DNA of 64,000 nucleotides, from the NCBI RefSeq assembly GCF_018350175.1, contig NC_058383.1, positions 9,612,001 to 9,676,000 on the forward strand, in the 5' to 3' direction. Position 1 is the stretch's first letter. Each line of letters begins with the position of its first letter. Shown piece after piece: positions 34,840-48,150 of this stretch. Source of the stretch: Felis catus. Its lineage: Eukaryota. The position numbers and the translations under genes were made by a program. Below the pieces are notes generated by a model. It worked only from the letters and a program-made list of their open reading frames with translations. It searched no databases and was not told where the DNA came from.

Positions 34840-37800
34840 ATTTTTGAAGTGTAATTGACATACAGCGATCTATCAGTTTCAGGTATATTACTCATTGCCA
34901 CAATATGTGTAACTACTATCTGTCACCATACAACATTATGACAATATTATTGACTATATTCCCTATGCTCTACTTTTCATCCACGTGACTCATTTGCTTT
35001 ACAACTGGAAGTTTGTACCTCTTAATCCCCTTCACCTATTTCTCCCATTTCCTTACTCCCTCCCATCTGGAAACCACCAGTTTGTTCTCTGTATTTATGA
35101 GTCTGTTTCTGGTTTTGTTGGTTGATTGGCTGGCTTTGTCTTTTAGATTCCACATATAAGTGAAGTCATATATTTGTCCTTCTCTGTCTGACTTCTTTCA
35201 CTTAGCCTTATACCCTCCAATTCTGTCCACGTTGTTGCAAATGGCAAGATTTCGTTCTTTTTTATGGCTCAGTAATATTCCATTGTGTATATATACCACA
35301 TCTTTATCCATTCATTTATCAATGAACATTTAAGTTGTTTCTGTATCTTGGCTATTGTAGATAATGTTGCAATAAATTCAGGGATGCATACATCTTTTCA
35401 AACTAGTGTTTTTGTTTTCCTTGGGCAAATATCCAGAAGTGGAATTACTGGATCATATGGTACTTCTATTTTTAGTTTCTGGAGGAACCTCCATGCTGAT
35501 TTTTATAGTGCCTACACCAATTTATATTCCACCAACAGTGCCCGAGGGTTCCCTTTTCTCCACACCCATCATCAACATTTGTTATTTCCTGTCTTTTTTA
35601 TCCTAGGCATTCAGACTGGTGTAAGGTGATATCTCATTGTGGTTTTGATTTGCATTTCCCTCATGATTAGTGATGTTTAGCATCTTTTCACATGTCTGTT
35701 GGTCATCTGCATGTCTTGTTTGGGAAAGTGTCTATTTTAAAAATGTCCTCTGCCCATTTTTTTTTTATTTTTTTAACGTTTATTTATTTTTGAGACAGAG
35801 AGAGACAGAGCATGAATGGGGGGAGGGTCAGAGAGAGAGGGAGACACAGAATCGGAAGCAGGCTCCAGGCTCCAAGCTGTCAGCACAGAGCCTGATGCGG
35901 GGCTCAAACTCGTGAACCACGAGATCATGACCTGAGCCGAAGTCAGACACTTAACCGACTGAGCCACCCAGGCGCCCCCCCCCCCCCGCCCATTTTAAAA
36001 TCAGATTGTTTGTATTTTGTGTTGAGTTGTAGTTCTTTTTTTTTTTTTTAAGTAGGTTCCACACACAAGAGATCAAGAGTTGGCATGCTCTGACATGCTC
36101 TAACAACTGAGCCAACCAGGTGCCCTAAGTTGTGTAAGTTCTTTATATATTTTGGATATTAACCCCTTATAGGATATATCATTTGCAAATATCTTCTCCC
36201 ATTCATTAGGTTGCTTTCTCATTTTGTTGATGGTTTCTGTTGTTATGCAAAAGCCTTTAGTTTGATACGGTCCTGATTATTTACTTTTGCTTTTGTTGCC
36301 TTTGCTTTGATGTCAAATCCCAAAACTCATCTCCAAGACTGATGTCAAGGAACTTACAACTTATGTTTTCTTCTAGGAGTGTCATGCTTTCAGGTCTTAT
36401 GTTCAAGTCTTTAATTCATTGAGTTAATTTTTGCATATGATGGAAAACAATGGCCCAATTTCATTCTTTGGCATGTGTCTGTCCAGTTTTCCCAACATCA
36501 TTATTTATTGAAGAGAACGTCCTTTCTCCATTGTATATTCTTGACTCCTTTGTCATAAATTAATTGCCCATATATGTGTGGCTTTATTTCTTGGCTCTCT
36601 ATTCTGTTTCACTGATCTGTGTGTATGTTTTTATGTCAATATCATACTATTTTGGTTACTATGAGTTTGTAGTAGTTGAAATCAGGGAGTGTGGTGCCTC
36701 CAGTTTTGTTCTTCTTTCTTAAGACTGCATTGGCTATTCAGAGTCTTTCATGATTCCATACAAATTTTAGGGTTGTTTGTTCTATTTCTGTGAAAAGTGC
36801 CATTGGAATTTTGATAGGGATTGCTCTGAACTGTAGATTGCTTTGGGTAGTGTGGACATTGTAACAATATTAATTCTTTCAATCCATGAGCATGGAATAT
36901 CTTCCCATTTATTTATGTCTTCTTCAGTTTTCTTTCATTAACGTCTTATAGTTTTCAAGGTAAAGGTCTTTCACCTCCTTGGTTAAATTTATTTCCAGGT
37001 ATTTTATTCTTTCAGCTGAAACTGTAAATGGGACTGTTTTCTAATTTCTCTTTCTGAGAATTCATTGTTAGTGGATAGAAATGCAACGGATTTTTGTATT
37101 GATTTTGTGTTGATTTTGTATTGATTTTTTATCCTGCAGCTTTACTCAATTCATTTATTAGTTCTAACAGGTTTTTTTTTTTGGTGTGGTCTTTAGGGTT
37201 ATCTACATATAATATGACACCATTTGCAAATAGTGACAGTTTTATGTCTTCCTTTTCAATTTGGAAGTCTTTTCTTTCTTTTCCTCTTTTTTTAACTTTT
37301 AAAAAATGTTTCTTTATTTTTGAGAGAGAGAGAGACAGAGCACAAGCAGGGGAGAGGCAGAGAGAGAGGGAGACACAGAATCCAAAGCAGGCTCTGAGCT
37401 GTCAGCACAGAGCCCTACAGGGGCTCGAACCCACGAACTGTGAGATCGTGACCTGAGCCGAAGTCAGACATTTAATGACTGAGCTACCCAGGCACCCCTT
37501 TTATTTCTTTTCCTTGCCTAATTGCTCCAGCTAGGATTTCCAATATTATGTTGAATAAAAGTGCAAGAGTGGCCATCCTTGTCTTGTTTCCTGTCTTAAC
37601 ATAGTTTTTTTTTTTTTTTTCAACGTTTATTTATTTTTGGGACAGAGAGAGACAGAGCATGAACGGGGGAGGGCCAGAGAGAGAGGGAGACACAGAATCG
37701 GAAACAGGCTCCAGGCTCCGAGCCATCAGCCCAGAGCCTGACGCAGGGCTCGAACTCACGGACCGCGAGATCGTGACCTGGCTGAAGTCGGACGCTTAAC

Positions 37801-39920
37801 CGACTGCGCCACCCAGGCGCCCCTTGTTTCCTGTCTTAGAGGAAAGCTTTCAGTTTTCACTACTGAATATGATGTTAGCTGTGGGCTTGTCACATATGGC
37901 CTTTATTACATTGAAATAGAGTCCCCCCCCCCACCTTTTTTTTTTTTTTTTTCAAACAGAGTAAGAGAGCAAACAGGGGAGAGGGGCAGAGGGAGAGATA
38001 GAGACTTAAGCAGGCTCCACACTCAGCGTGGAGCCTGGCACAGGGGTTGATCCCACGACTATGAGATCATGACCTTAGGTGAAATGAAGAGTCGGACGCC
38101 GCACCAACTCATAGAATTGAGCCCCCCAGGCGCCCTTGGTACATTCCCTTTACACCCACTTTGCTGAGAGTTTTTATTTTCTAGTTTTTTTGTGGTAGGA
38201 GCTTAGATTATTGATTTGCGACTTTTCCTTTTTCCTGACGTAAGCATTTAATGCTGTCAATTTCCCTCTTGGCACCGCTTTGGCTGTGTCTCACTTATTT
38301 TAATATGTTGCAATTTCGTTTCCACTCAATTCAGTGTATTTATTTCCCTTGAGAGTTTCTCTTTGGCCCACGGATTGTTTTAATTCTCTTATTTAGTTAC
38401 CAAGTGTTTGTCCCAAGTGTCTTTTATCTGTTATTGATTTGTAGTTTTATACCAGTGTGGTCAGAGAATACATTCTGTATGATTTCAATTCTTTTCTTTT
38501 TTTATTAAAATTTTTTTTAATCTTTATTTATTTTTGAGAGAGAGAGACAGAGAGACAGAGTGCTAGCGGGAAAGGAACAGAGAGAGAGGGAGGCACAGAA
38601 TCTGAAACAGGCTCCAGACTCTGAGCTGTTAGCACAGAGCCTGACATGGGGCTTGAACTCACAAACTGCAAGTTCATGACCTGAGCTGAAGTCAGAAGTT
38701 CAACCAGCTGAGCCACCCAGGTGCCCCTCAATTCTTTTCAATTTGAGGTTTGTTTTATGGCCCATAATATATAGTGTACTTTGGTATGTGCTCCTTGAGC
38801 ACTTGAAGAGTGTGTACTTTGCTCTTCTTAGGTGGAATGTTCTCCGAACACTAGTTAGATCCTATTGGTCAATGCTGTTGTTGCGTTCTTCCATTTCTTT
38901 GCTGATTGTCTGTAGCAGTCGTTCGGCTACAGTGGTAGGGGAGCAGTGGTAGGGTCCGCTCCCTACGGAGAGGGGAAAAGGAAAAACCTCAAGGCAACCT
39001 GGCTATACGCATACGTGACACCGTCCCTCACGACCTTGTAACATGAGACCACTTAATCAGACTGCACGTTTGTGTGTTACCATGTATGGGAGACAAAAAC
39101 ATAAAAAAAAACTATATAAAAAAACCATGCCACAGGGTGTTCGGGGCTCAGTTCTTCTGGTACGAACCCAACTGAGTGGTGCCGGCAGGAACAAAGTTCC
39201 TGGAAAAAAAAAAAAAGGTCTTGCTGTGATAACTCTCTGGGCAAGAATGCTGCTACACTATCAGTTGTTGAAAGAGGGGTTTCGAGGTATAACTGTAGAT
39301 ATGTCTATTCCTCCTTTCACTTCTTTCAATTTTTGCTTCACATATTTTGCAGCTCTGTTGTCGGGCACATACACATTTAGGATTGCTACGTCTTCTTGGT
39401 GGATTGACCCCTTTATCTCTTTGTAATGTCTCTGCGTGTCCCTGGTAATTTTCTTTGCTCCAAAGTCCACTTTATCTGATATTAATTTAGCCACTCCTGC
39501 TTTCTTTTGATTAATATTCGCATGCTATATCTTTCTTCCGCCTTCACTTTTAACCTACCTATATTGTTATATTTCTTTTTTTTTTTTAATTTTTTTTTAA
39601 CGCTTATTTATTTTTGAGACAGAGACAGAGCATGAACGGGGGAGGGTCAGAGAGAGAGGGAGACACAGAATCGGAAGCAGGCTCCAGGCTCTGAGCCATC
39701 AGCCCAGAGCCCGACGCGGGGCTCGAACTCACGGATCGTGAGATCGTGACCTGAGCCGAAGTCGGATGCTCAACCGACTGAGCCACCCAGGCACCCCCCC
39801 CCTATATTGTTATATTTGAAGGGAGCTTCCTGTAGATAGACAGCATATAGTTGGGTCATTAAAAAAAGATCGGTTCTGCCAATCATTGTCTTTTAACTGG
39901 TATACTTAATCCATTTAATT
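34840..39920 (-). mobile_element. Older L1 fragments interrupted by several SINEs and a solo LTR
   Basis: L1 3' UTR and ORF2 antisense motifs; endonuclease remnant in ORF 39261-39494 (LISDKVDF...IKGSIHQED..ILNVY.PDNRAAKYVKQKL). Confidence 0.85.
38911..39257 (+). mobile_element. Solo ERV LTR (347 bp)
   Basis: TG...CA termini with perfect 8-bp inverted repeats (TGTAGCAG / CTGCTACA), TATATAAA at about 39113, CGGGGCTC R-region motif; interrupts an old L1. Confidence 0.8.
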
Positions 39921-42900
39921 AACAAGACAGGGATGCCTTATTGCTTTTGGATAGAAGTGAAAATCTTGGCTTCCTGTAATAAAAGAAGGGCTACAGGAAG
40001 TTCTTTAAACAGAAAGGAAATAAAAGAAGGAAGCTTGGAAATCTGTGGCCAATAGTAGAAGCAAAACAAAAACAAAAACAAAACCCCCAAAACAGCATTG
40101 TACTAGGTTTGGGCCAGATCGTCACGTGAGGACAGAGATTGGGATATATGCATTCTTGAGTTACTGCATAGCAATATGTACCCAGCTATTAAGGCCGTCT
40201 GGGAGGGGCGCCTGGGTGGCTCAGTCAGTTAAGCGTCTGACTTCAGTTCAGGTAATGATCTCACGGTTTGTGGGTTCGAGCCCCGTGTCCGGCTCTGTGC
40301 TGACAGCTCAGCTTCGGATCCTGGGGCCAGCTTCGGATTCTGTGTCTCCCTCTCTCTCCGAATAATCTCTCAAAAGATTAGTCACTCGCGCTCTGTGTCT
40401 CTCTCTATAAAAAAAATAAACATTAAAAAAAAAAAGACTGTCTGGGAGATCCCCCCACCTCCCAGCCACAAGAGAGCACATAGGGAGGATGGCAGTGTGT
40501 AAGACACTGTCTGGGAATAATGGCTATTATGACTTGGCCTTAAGGTAGCACTTACTACTTGAAGTTTAATCTTCTTTATTTTTTTATTTTATTTTGAGGG
40601 AGAGAGTAAGCAGGATTGGGGCAGAAAGGGGGGCTGTGGAGAGAGAATCCCAAGCAGGCTCCACACTGTCAGCACAGAGCCGGATGCGGGGCTTAAACCC
40701 ATAAGCCGTGTGATCGTGACCCAAGCTGAAATCAGGAGTCAGATGTTTAACTGACTGAGCCACCCAGGTGCCCCATGAAGTCACATCTTCTTAACTTAGC
40801 ATCCCAGGGTCTTCTGTGATGTTTTAGATTGAGTTTCCCCGGAAATAGGCCTTGAGATAAGAATTTTAGTGCACATAATACATTTTGGCGGTGATGCCAG
40901 GAGGCGCCAGTAGGAAATAGGGAAGTGAGACAGGGAAGGGAAGGCAGCCAATAAGAGTGTGCTATCAGGCAAGTAAGTTACCACCGTAGGCAGCTGAGCT
41001 CAATCCTGTAGGGACCTCTGGGAAATGGTGGTCAAACACACGTCTCAGAGTTATCTCAACTCAAGGAGCCAGGGAGCAAGGGTTTTTATACACCACCTGC
41101 AGTCAGTCATTGGCTGATGGTCAGGGGGAGGGGCTAGGGGACTGGTGCACTTTCCACCTGCTGTGTATGAGGGCAGAACAGCCACCGGAGAGGGCCCTCC
41201 AAGAGACGCAGATATTGGCAGGCTGGGGTACGTGGTAAGGCCTGAGGGCATGAGTGGGACACTGACCGCATCTGTTTCCCTGGACCGGGCCCCAGCCTAC
41301 CTTTCCAGCTTTTCACCTGCCACTCACCCAACCGAACACACTGGGACACTCTGCTTTCCTGAATCGTAACGAGACAAGCCCTCGCTCGCTTCAGGCCTTC
41401 ACGTGGTCATTTCCTTCCATCATTTCCTCCTCTGGAACATTCCTGCTTCGTTCCCAGTCTCTCCCTGACAAAATTCTGTTCGCCAAACTAGACCCAAAGA
41501 ACAAAATGCCAAATGCCTCTTCCATTTGATGAGAATGTTAAGGTCATATTTTCCACGGGATCTCAGCGATTTCCTCCGTGCTCCCAAACGGCAGAAGCCC
41601 CTTCTTGCCTCTGAAGGACTCCAGCATATTTCGTTCCCCAACTATGGTAGTACTTTTTTATAGCTGTAAGATAGTTGATAGTCTTAGCTCTCTACCTGCA
41701 TGCAGGCTCCCAGAAGTCAAGGGGTAAGTCTAAATATGTTTGCACAAATGAAGGAATCCGCAAACATTTGTGGACTATGCCACCAAAGGCAAAATTTTAC
41801 CAGACACCCTTTTTCTAGGCTCAACTCTGAGTCAGAGCCGTGTATATAGAAGAGACATACAAGCTAACAAGACCAAACCCACGTTGATGGATCTATCTGC
41901 AAGACCGACCTTTAACTGTAGTTCCATGAGTCTACCAGCAGATGGCATCAGTCTCCCACCATTTTTTAAAGACTACCTCTCCCTGACAGCTTGGCCGATT
42001 TACAAATTCATTCTAACTACCAGTCTTTACTGAGGATCCGCCTGAGATCCAAGGTCATGTGCAAGCACCAGGAGGAGGGCAGGGGAAAGATGAGAAAAGG
42101 AAGACTTAGTTCAGTCTTCGGAGGGTACAGTTTAGGGGTTGGAGGTGCTGGAAGGGAGGAGGGGAGGAATGAAGCACACACAAAGCGATCAAGACCCCAG
42201 GAAGATAAGGGGCGTGTGTGAGTTTGACTGGAGACACCATCTACTTGGGCCTCAGTGTCTTCATTCCTAAAACAAGGAACTGGGAATAGATGTTCAGGGT
42301 TCCTTAGAACTCCTGAATCCTGTCAATGCATGAAAGCATGCTCATGAGCAATCCAAAAGAGAGACCAGTGTGTGCAGATAAGGCTTCATGAGGGAGGTTG
42401 GAGGTGGGTCCAGAAAGATTGCCAGGGTTTCGTAAGGCTGTTGTAGTAATAAACACCTTGGTCCGGAATGCACCTGGTTCTTCTTCTCATTGATTCTTTT
42501 CTTCTTTCCATCCACTGGACAACCATGCATGTCCACCTACTCTGTATAAAAGTGGCAAGGGCTTTGCCTAATCCCTAGGAGTTCACGGTCAAATGGAAAG
42601 CTGGCATGCCAACAATAATTGTAGTGCAGCTTGTATAGTCTGATGGAATAACAATTGTCGTATTTCTCAACCCTGTGAGGTCAGTAAGACAGAATGGTTC
42701 CCATTTTCAAGGAAACAGAAGTAGAGATGTGAAGCGGTGGGTCTGAGGTCACGCTTCCATGAGCGATGGAACGCAGGCTATACCCAGTCTCTTCACCCAC
42801 ACCCTGTGGGTCTGTCCACTTCCTCATGCTGCCTATAACAACATGACCCCCCAGGGAAGCTACAAAATTGAAAGTCTTGGACCTCAGACCAAACCAGCAG

Positions 42901-45900
42901 AAAAATGCTTTACTAATTAGGACACAAATCTCTTGGTGCCTCGTGGGCAATCCTGAGCTACTTAGCTAGCATACGCTCCCAAAGTGACTTCCGGAAGATG
43001 GTGTGCTTGCTCTGTCCCTTGGTTAATGGCTCCCAGGGCCCTCTCAGACTGGTCCTAGGCTGACGGAATCTCAGGAGACACTTGCCCCTCCCCACGGACT
43101 CACTGACATCAGTGTGTGATCATTCTGTAGTTCCATCTGGGCAAAAAAGGAGCATCCCCCTGTAGGTCCCCAGAGATGCATGTGGCTGATGTCTCCAAGG
43201 AGACTTCTAGAAGGGCCTCTCAGGGCCTCTTAACCTCTGGACTTCAAGTACTAAAATCTCAAGTTTTAGTTCTGGTTTGAATTCAGGCACTCCAACTTTG
43301 GAGGCCTTGGTTTCTTTAATTCATAAAAATTCCCCTCACGTTCACATACTTTTAAACGATAAAGTGTTCCCGTAGCCCCTTGATTTTTTTTTTTCATTCA
43401 CTACAACTCCCTTAGGAATTTTCCCCCCTCCAGTTTAGAGATTTTAAAAAATCTAAGGTTCCAGGGGCACCTGGGTGGCTCAGTTGGTTAAGTGTCTGGC
43501 TTCGGCTCAGGTCATGATCTCATGGTCCATGGGTTCGAGCCCCATGTTGGACTCTGTGCTGACAGCTCAGAGCTTGGAGCCTGCTTTGGATATTGTGTCT
43601 CCCTCCCTCTTCCCCTCCCCTGCTCGCTTGCTCTCTCTCTCTCTCAAAAATAAATAAATATTAAAAAATTTTTAAAAATCTAAGGCTCTAAAAAATTTAA
43701 ACTTGTTGAAGTCAGTAATACTTGACTTATTTATTCGTAAACATTTGTTACAAACATTGGGTGGTCAGATGCTATTTGAGAATACAAAGGCCAACAACCA
43801 TGGTCTGTAACCTCGTGGCATTCATGTGCTAGCAAGAAGTATAGACCCAGGAATACAGTATCATGATGCAAGGTAGTAAGTGCTACAGTGCGATGTTAGG
43901 AAAGGTAACAACAGTGACGAGGTGACATCTATATGCCAGGCCCCACATAACAAGCTTTTGTCACAACCTTCTTTGAGATGAGTCAGGATAAGTTAAGGTA
44001 TGCCGCAAGACAAATCAGCCCAAATCTCAATTTATGTCCAGTCATCATACCACACGTCCAGCACAGGTGGGCAGGAAGCCTTGGTCATGGAGACACTCAG
44101 GGATCCAGGCCAATAGGGATTCCAAGTCAACCATGCCTTCCAGATTGCAGACCCAGGATAAACAGAACTCTGAACCAGCAGCAGAGTACTGTGACCCATA
44201 GGGACACCTGTCGATCCCGCTCACAACCCATTGTACCACAAAGGGGACTGGAAGTTCAGTCTTCCTTGCACCCAGAAAGAAAAGAAAGAATATATTGGTG
44301 GGGACTAAAGTCAAGTAGAGAAAGAAATGCATCGTCTAATAGAATAACATTCTGCTTTATCAGATTCTGATTCTATTTTACAACTCTGTAGGTGGAGATA
44401 ACTGGTAGACATATGGATCCTGCTCCATCCAATAAGGGTTCAATTGAGCACAGCCCCTTTCCTTATGGAAGACCCAATTTGTCTCTATTTGCACATTCAT
44501 TTAAATATTTCTGATCTATAAAGGTGTCTGCTTGTCAAATTCTCTCTTGGGGAGCGCCTGGGTGGCTCGGTTGGTTGAGCGTCTGACTTTGGTTCGAGTC
44601 CCATGTTGGGCTCTATGCTGACAGCTCAGAGCCTGGAGCCTGGTTAAGATTCTGTGTCTCCCTCTCTCTCTCTGCCCCTCCCTTGCTCATGCTCTGTCTG
44701 TCTCTCTCTCAAAAATAAATAAACATCAAAAATTAAAAAAAAAATTTTTTTTAATTCTCTTTTGAACCAGATAGAACATCTGCCTTGTTCCCTCATTCTG
44801 AGTAAAACAAAGTCTTTAATGTGTTCATTTTTCTACCTGTATGAGAACGATGATTTTGCCTTTTACTTTCTTTTTTTTTAAGTTTATTTTTATTTATTTT
44901 GAGAGACAGAGAAAGAGAGAGTGAGCAGGGGAGGAGCATAGAGGGAAAGAGAGAATCTCAAGCAGGCTCAGCGCTGTCAGCACAAATCCCAACACGGGGC
45001 TCGATCCCATGAACCGTGAGATCATGACCTGAGCCGACACCAAGAGCCGAACACTCAACTGACTGAGCCACCCAGGCGCCCCTTGCCTTTTCCTGAAAAG
45101 CATCTTTCAATGATGCATTTTAGAGATGAGGAAAGAGAAACAGAGAGGTTAAGAAACTCACCCGAAGTCGTCCAGCTAACAAGTGGCAGAGGTGGGAATT
45201 CTGATTCTTTCTGCCCGGCCTCAGAGCCCATGCTCCCTTTCCCCACCCAGTCCGTAAATGCTGGGATGTGGTGGTGGGTAGAGTTCATTCACTTTCAGGG
45301 TCCAAGCAGGCTGGGTGTTTCAGCCAGGTCTCAGAACATGAGTGGTGCTTCTGTGCACAGAGATGAGCATGTGCAGAAACACAGAAAGCCAGGAAGGGCA
45401 GGGTGTCCCCCAGAGAACACACAGCATGGCAGGGGCAAGGTAGGAGGGGCTGAACGGTGGGCAGGAACTGTGAAGACGCAAATGGCTGCGCCATGGCATC
45501 AGGAGTCCACCGTGTGAGCAACAGGGGCTCTTTGTGGAGGTTAAGCAAGAAAGTCAATGATCAGGTCTGAGTTTTAGGAAATCATGACTGTTATTTGTAT
45601 GGAGAACAGGCTGGGGACACTATCTAAGGGAGGGCTACATCCATGTTCACAGTAACATTATTCACAACCCAAAGGTCCATCGACCAGTGAATAACCAAAC
45701 CGCGGGATACACATACAATGGAATGTTACTCGGCCTTGAGTAGGACGCATGGCGATACGTGCGGCAACATGGATGAACCCTGAGAACATTATCCCAGATG
45801 AAAGAAGCCAGATGCAGAAGACAAGTACTGTATGATTCCACTTACATGAGGGATCTAGAAAGAGGCAGATTCATGGAGACAGAAAGCAGAATAGAGGTTA

Positions 45901-46098
45901 CCAGGGGCCAGCTGGGAGGTGGGAATGAAGAGTGATTACCTAACGGGTACAGTTTCTGTTGGGTTTGATGGATAAGTTCTAGAAATGGACAGTGGTGATT
46001 GCATAGCACTGTGAATGTACTTCCTGCCACTGAACTGTGTACTTAAAAATGGTTAAAAGGGTAAAGTTTTAAATAATTTTTTAAAATATTTATTTGTG

Positions 46099-47716
46099 AG
46101 AGCCTCTGCAATCAGACAACACAAAGAAATAAAAGGCATCCAAATCGGCCAGGACTTTCACTCTTTGCAGATGACATGATACTCTATGTGGAAAACCCAA
46201 AAGATTCCACCAAAAAAACTTCTATAACTGATTCATGAATTCAGCAAAGTTGCAGGATATGAAATCAATGCACAGAAATCGGTTGCATTCCTATTCACCA
46301 GCAATGAAGCGACAGAAACAGAAATCAAGGAATCGATCCCATTTACAATTGCACCAAAAACCATAAAATATCTAGGAATAAACCTAACCAAAGAGGTGAA
46401 AGATCTATACACTGAAAACTATAGAAAGCTTATGAAAGAAATTGAAGGAGACACAAAAAAATGGAAAAAGATTCCATGCTCCTGGATAGGAAGAACAAAT
46501 ATTGTTAAAATGTCGATACTACCCAAAGCAATTTACACATTCAATGCAATCCGTATCAAAATAACACCAACATTCTTCACAGAGCTAGAACAAATAATCC
46601 TAAAACTTGTATGGAACGAGAAAAGGCCCCGAATAGCCAAAGCAATCTTGAAAAAGAAAACCAAAGCAGGAGGCATCACAATCCCAGACTTCAAGCTATA
46701 CTACAAAGCTGTAATCATGAAGACAGTAGGGTACTGGCACAAGAACAGACACTTAGATCAATGGAACAGAATAGAGAACCCAGAAATGGACCCACAAATG
46801 TATGGCCAACTAATCTTTGACAGAGCAGGAAAGAATATCCAATGGAAGAAAGACAGCCTCTTCAGCAAGTGGTGCTGGGGAAACTGGACAGTGACATGCA
46901 GAAGAATGAACCTGGACCACTTTCTTACACCAGACACAAAAATAAACTCAAAATGGATGAAAGACGTCAATGTAAGACAGGAAGCCATCAAAATGCTCAA
47001 GGAGAAAGCAGGCAAACACCTCTCTGATCTTGGCCGCAGCAACTTCCTACTCAACATGTCTCTGGAGGCAAGGGAAACAAAAGCAAAAATGAACTATTGG
47101 GACCTCATCAAGATAAAAAGCTTCTGCACAGCGAAGGAAACAATCAGCAAAAGTAAAAGGCAACCAATGAAGTGGGAGAAGATATTTGCAAACGACATAT
47201 CAGATAAAGGGTTAGTATCCAAAATCTATAAAGAACTGATCAAACTCAGCACCCCAAAACCAAATAATCCAGCAAAGAAATGGGCAAAAGACATGAGTAG
47301 ACACTTCTGCAAAGAAGACATCCAGATGGCCAACCAACACATGAAAAAATGCTCAACATCACTCATCATCAGGGAAATAAATATCAAAACCACAATGAGA
47401 TACCACCTGACACCTGTCAGAATGGCTAAAATTAACAACTCAGGCAACGACACATGTTGGCGAGGATGCGGAGAAAGAGTAACCCTTCTGTACTGCGGGT
47501 GGGAATGCAAACTGTTGCAGCCACTCTGGAAAACAGTATGGAGGTTCCCCAAAAAGCTAAAAATAGAACTACCCTACAACCCAACAATTGCACTACTAGG
47601 CATTTATCCAAGGGATACAGGTGTGCTGTTTCAAAGGGACACATGCACCCCCATGTTTATAGCAGCACTATTGACTATAGAGCACTATTGACCATTCTCT
47701 AAAGAATGGGTAAAGA

Positions 47717-47773
<57 letters not shown>

Positions 47774-48150
47774 GGAGTATTACTCGGCAATCAAAAAGAA
47801 TGCAATCTTGCCATTTGCAACTACGTGGATGGAACTGGAGGGTATTATGCTAAGTGAAATTAGTCAGAGAAAGACAAAAATTATATGAATTCACTCATAT
47901 GAGGACTTTAAGAGACAAAACAGATGAACATAAGGGAAGGGAAACAAAAATATAAAAACAGAGGGGACAAAACAGAAGAGACTCATAAGTATGGAGAACA
48001 AACTGAGGGTTACTGGAGGGGTTGTGGGAGGGGGGATGAGCTAAATGGGTAAGGGGCACTAAGGAATCTACTCCTGAAATCATTGTTGCACTATATGCTA
48101 ACTAATTTGGATGTAAATTTTTTTTAAAAATTAAATAATAAAATAATAAA
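46099..48150 (+). mobile_element. 5'-truncated LINE-1 with 17-bp TSD
   Basis: TSD TAAAATATTTATTTGTG at 46082-46098 and 48151-48167; 431-aa open stretch of the ORF2 C-terminal half (46396-47691); 3' UTR and A-rich tail. Confidence 0.95.

Noticed and set aside
46396..47691. Longest ORF in the window (431 aa) as a host gene
   Set aside because: It is the C-terminal half of L1 ORF2 inside a 5'-truncated, TSD-flanked insertion with no promoter.
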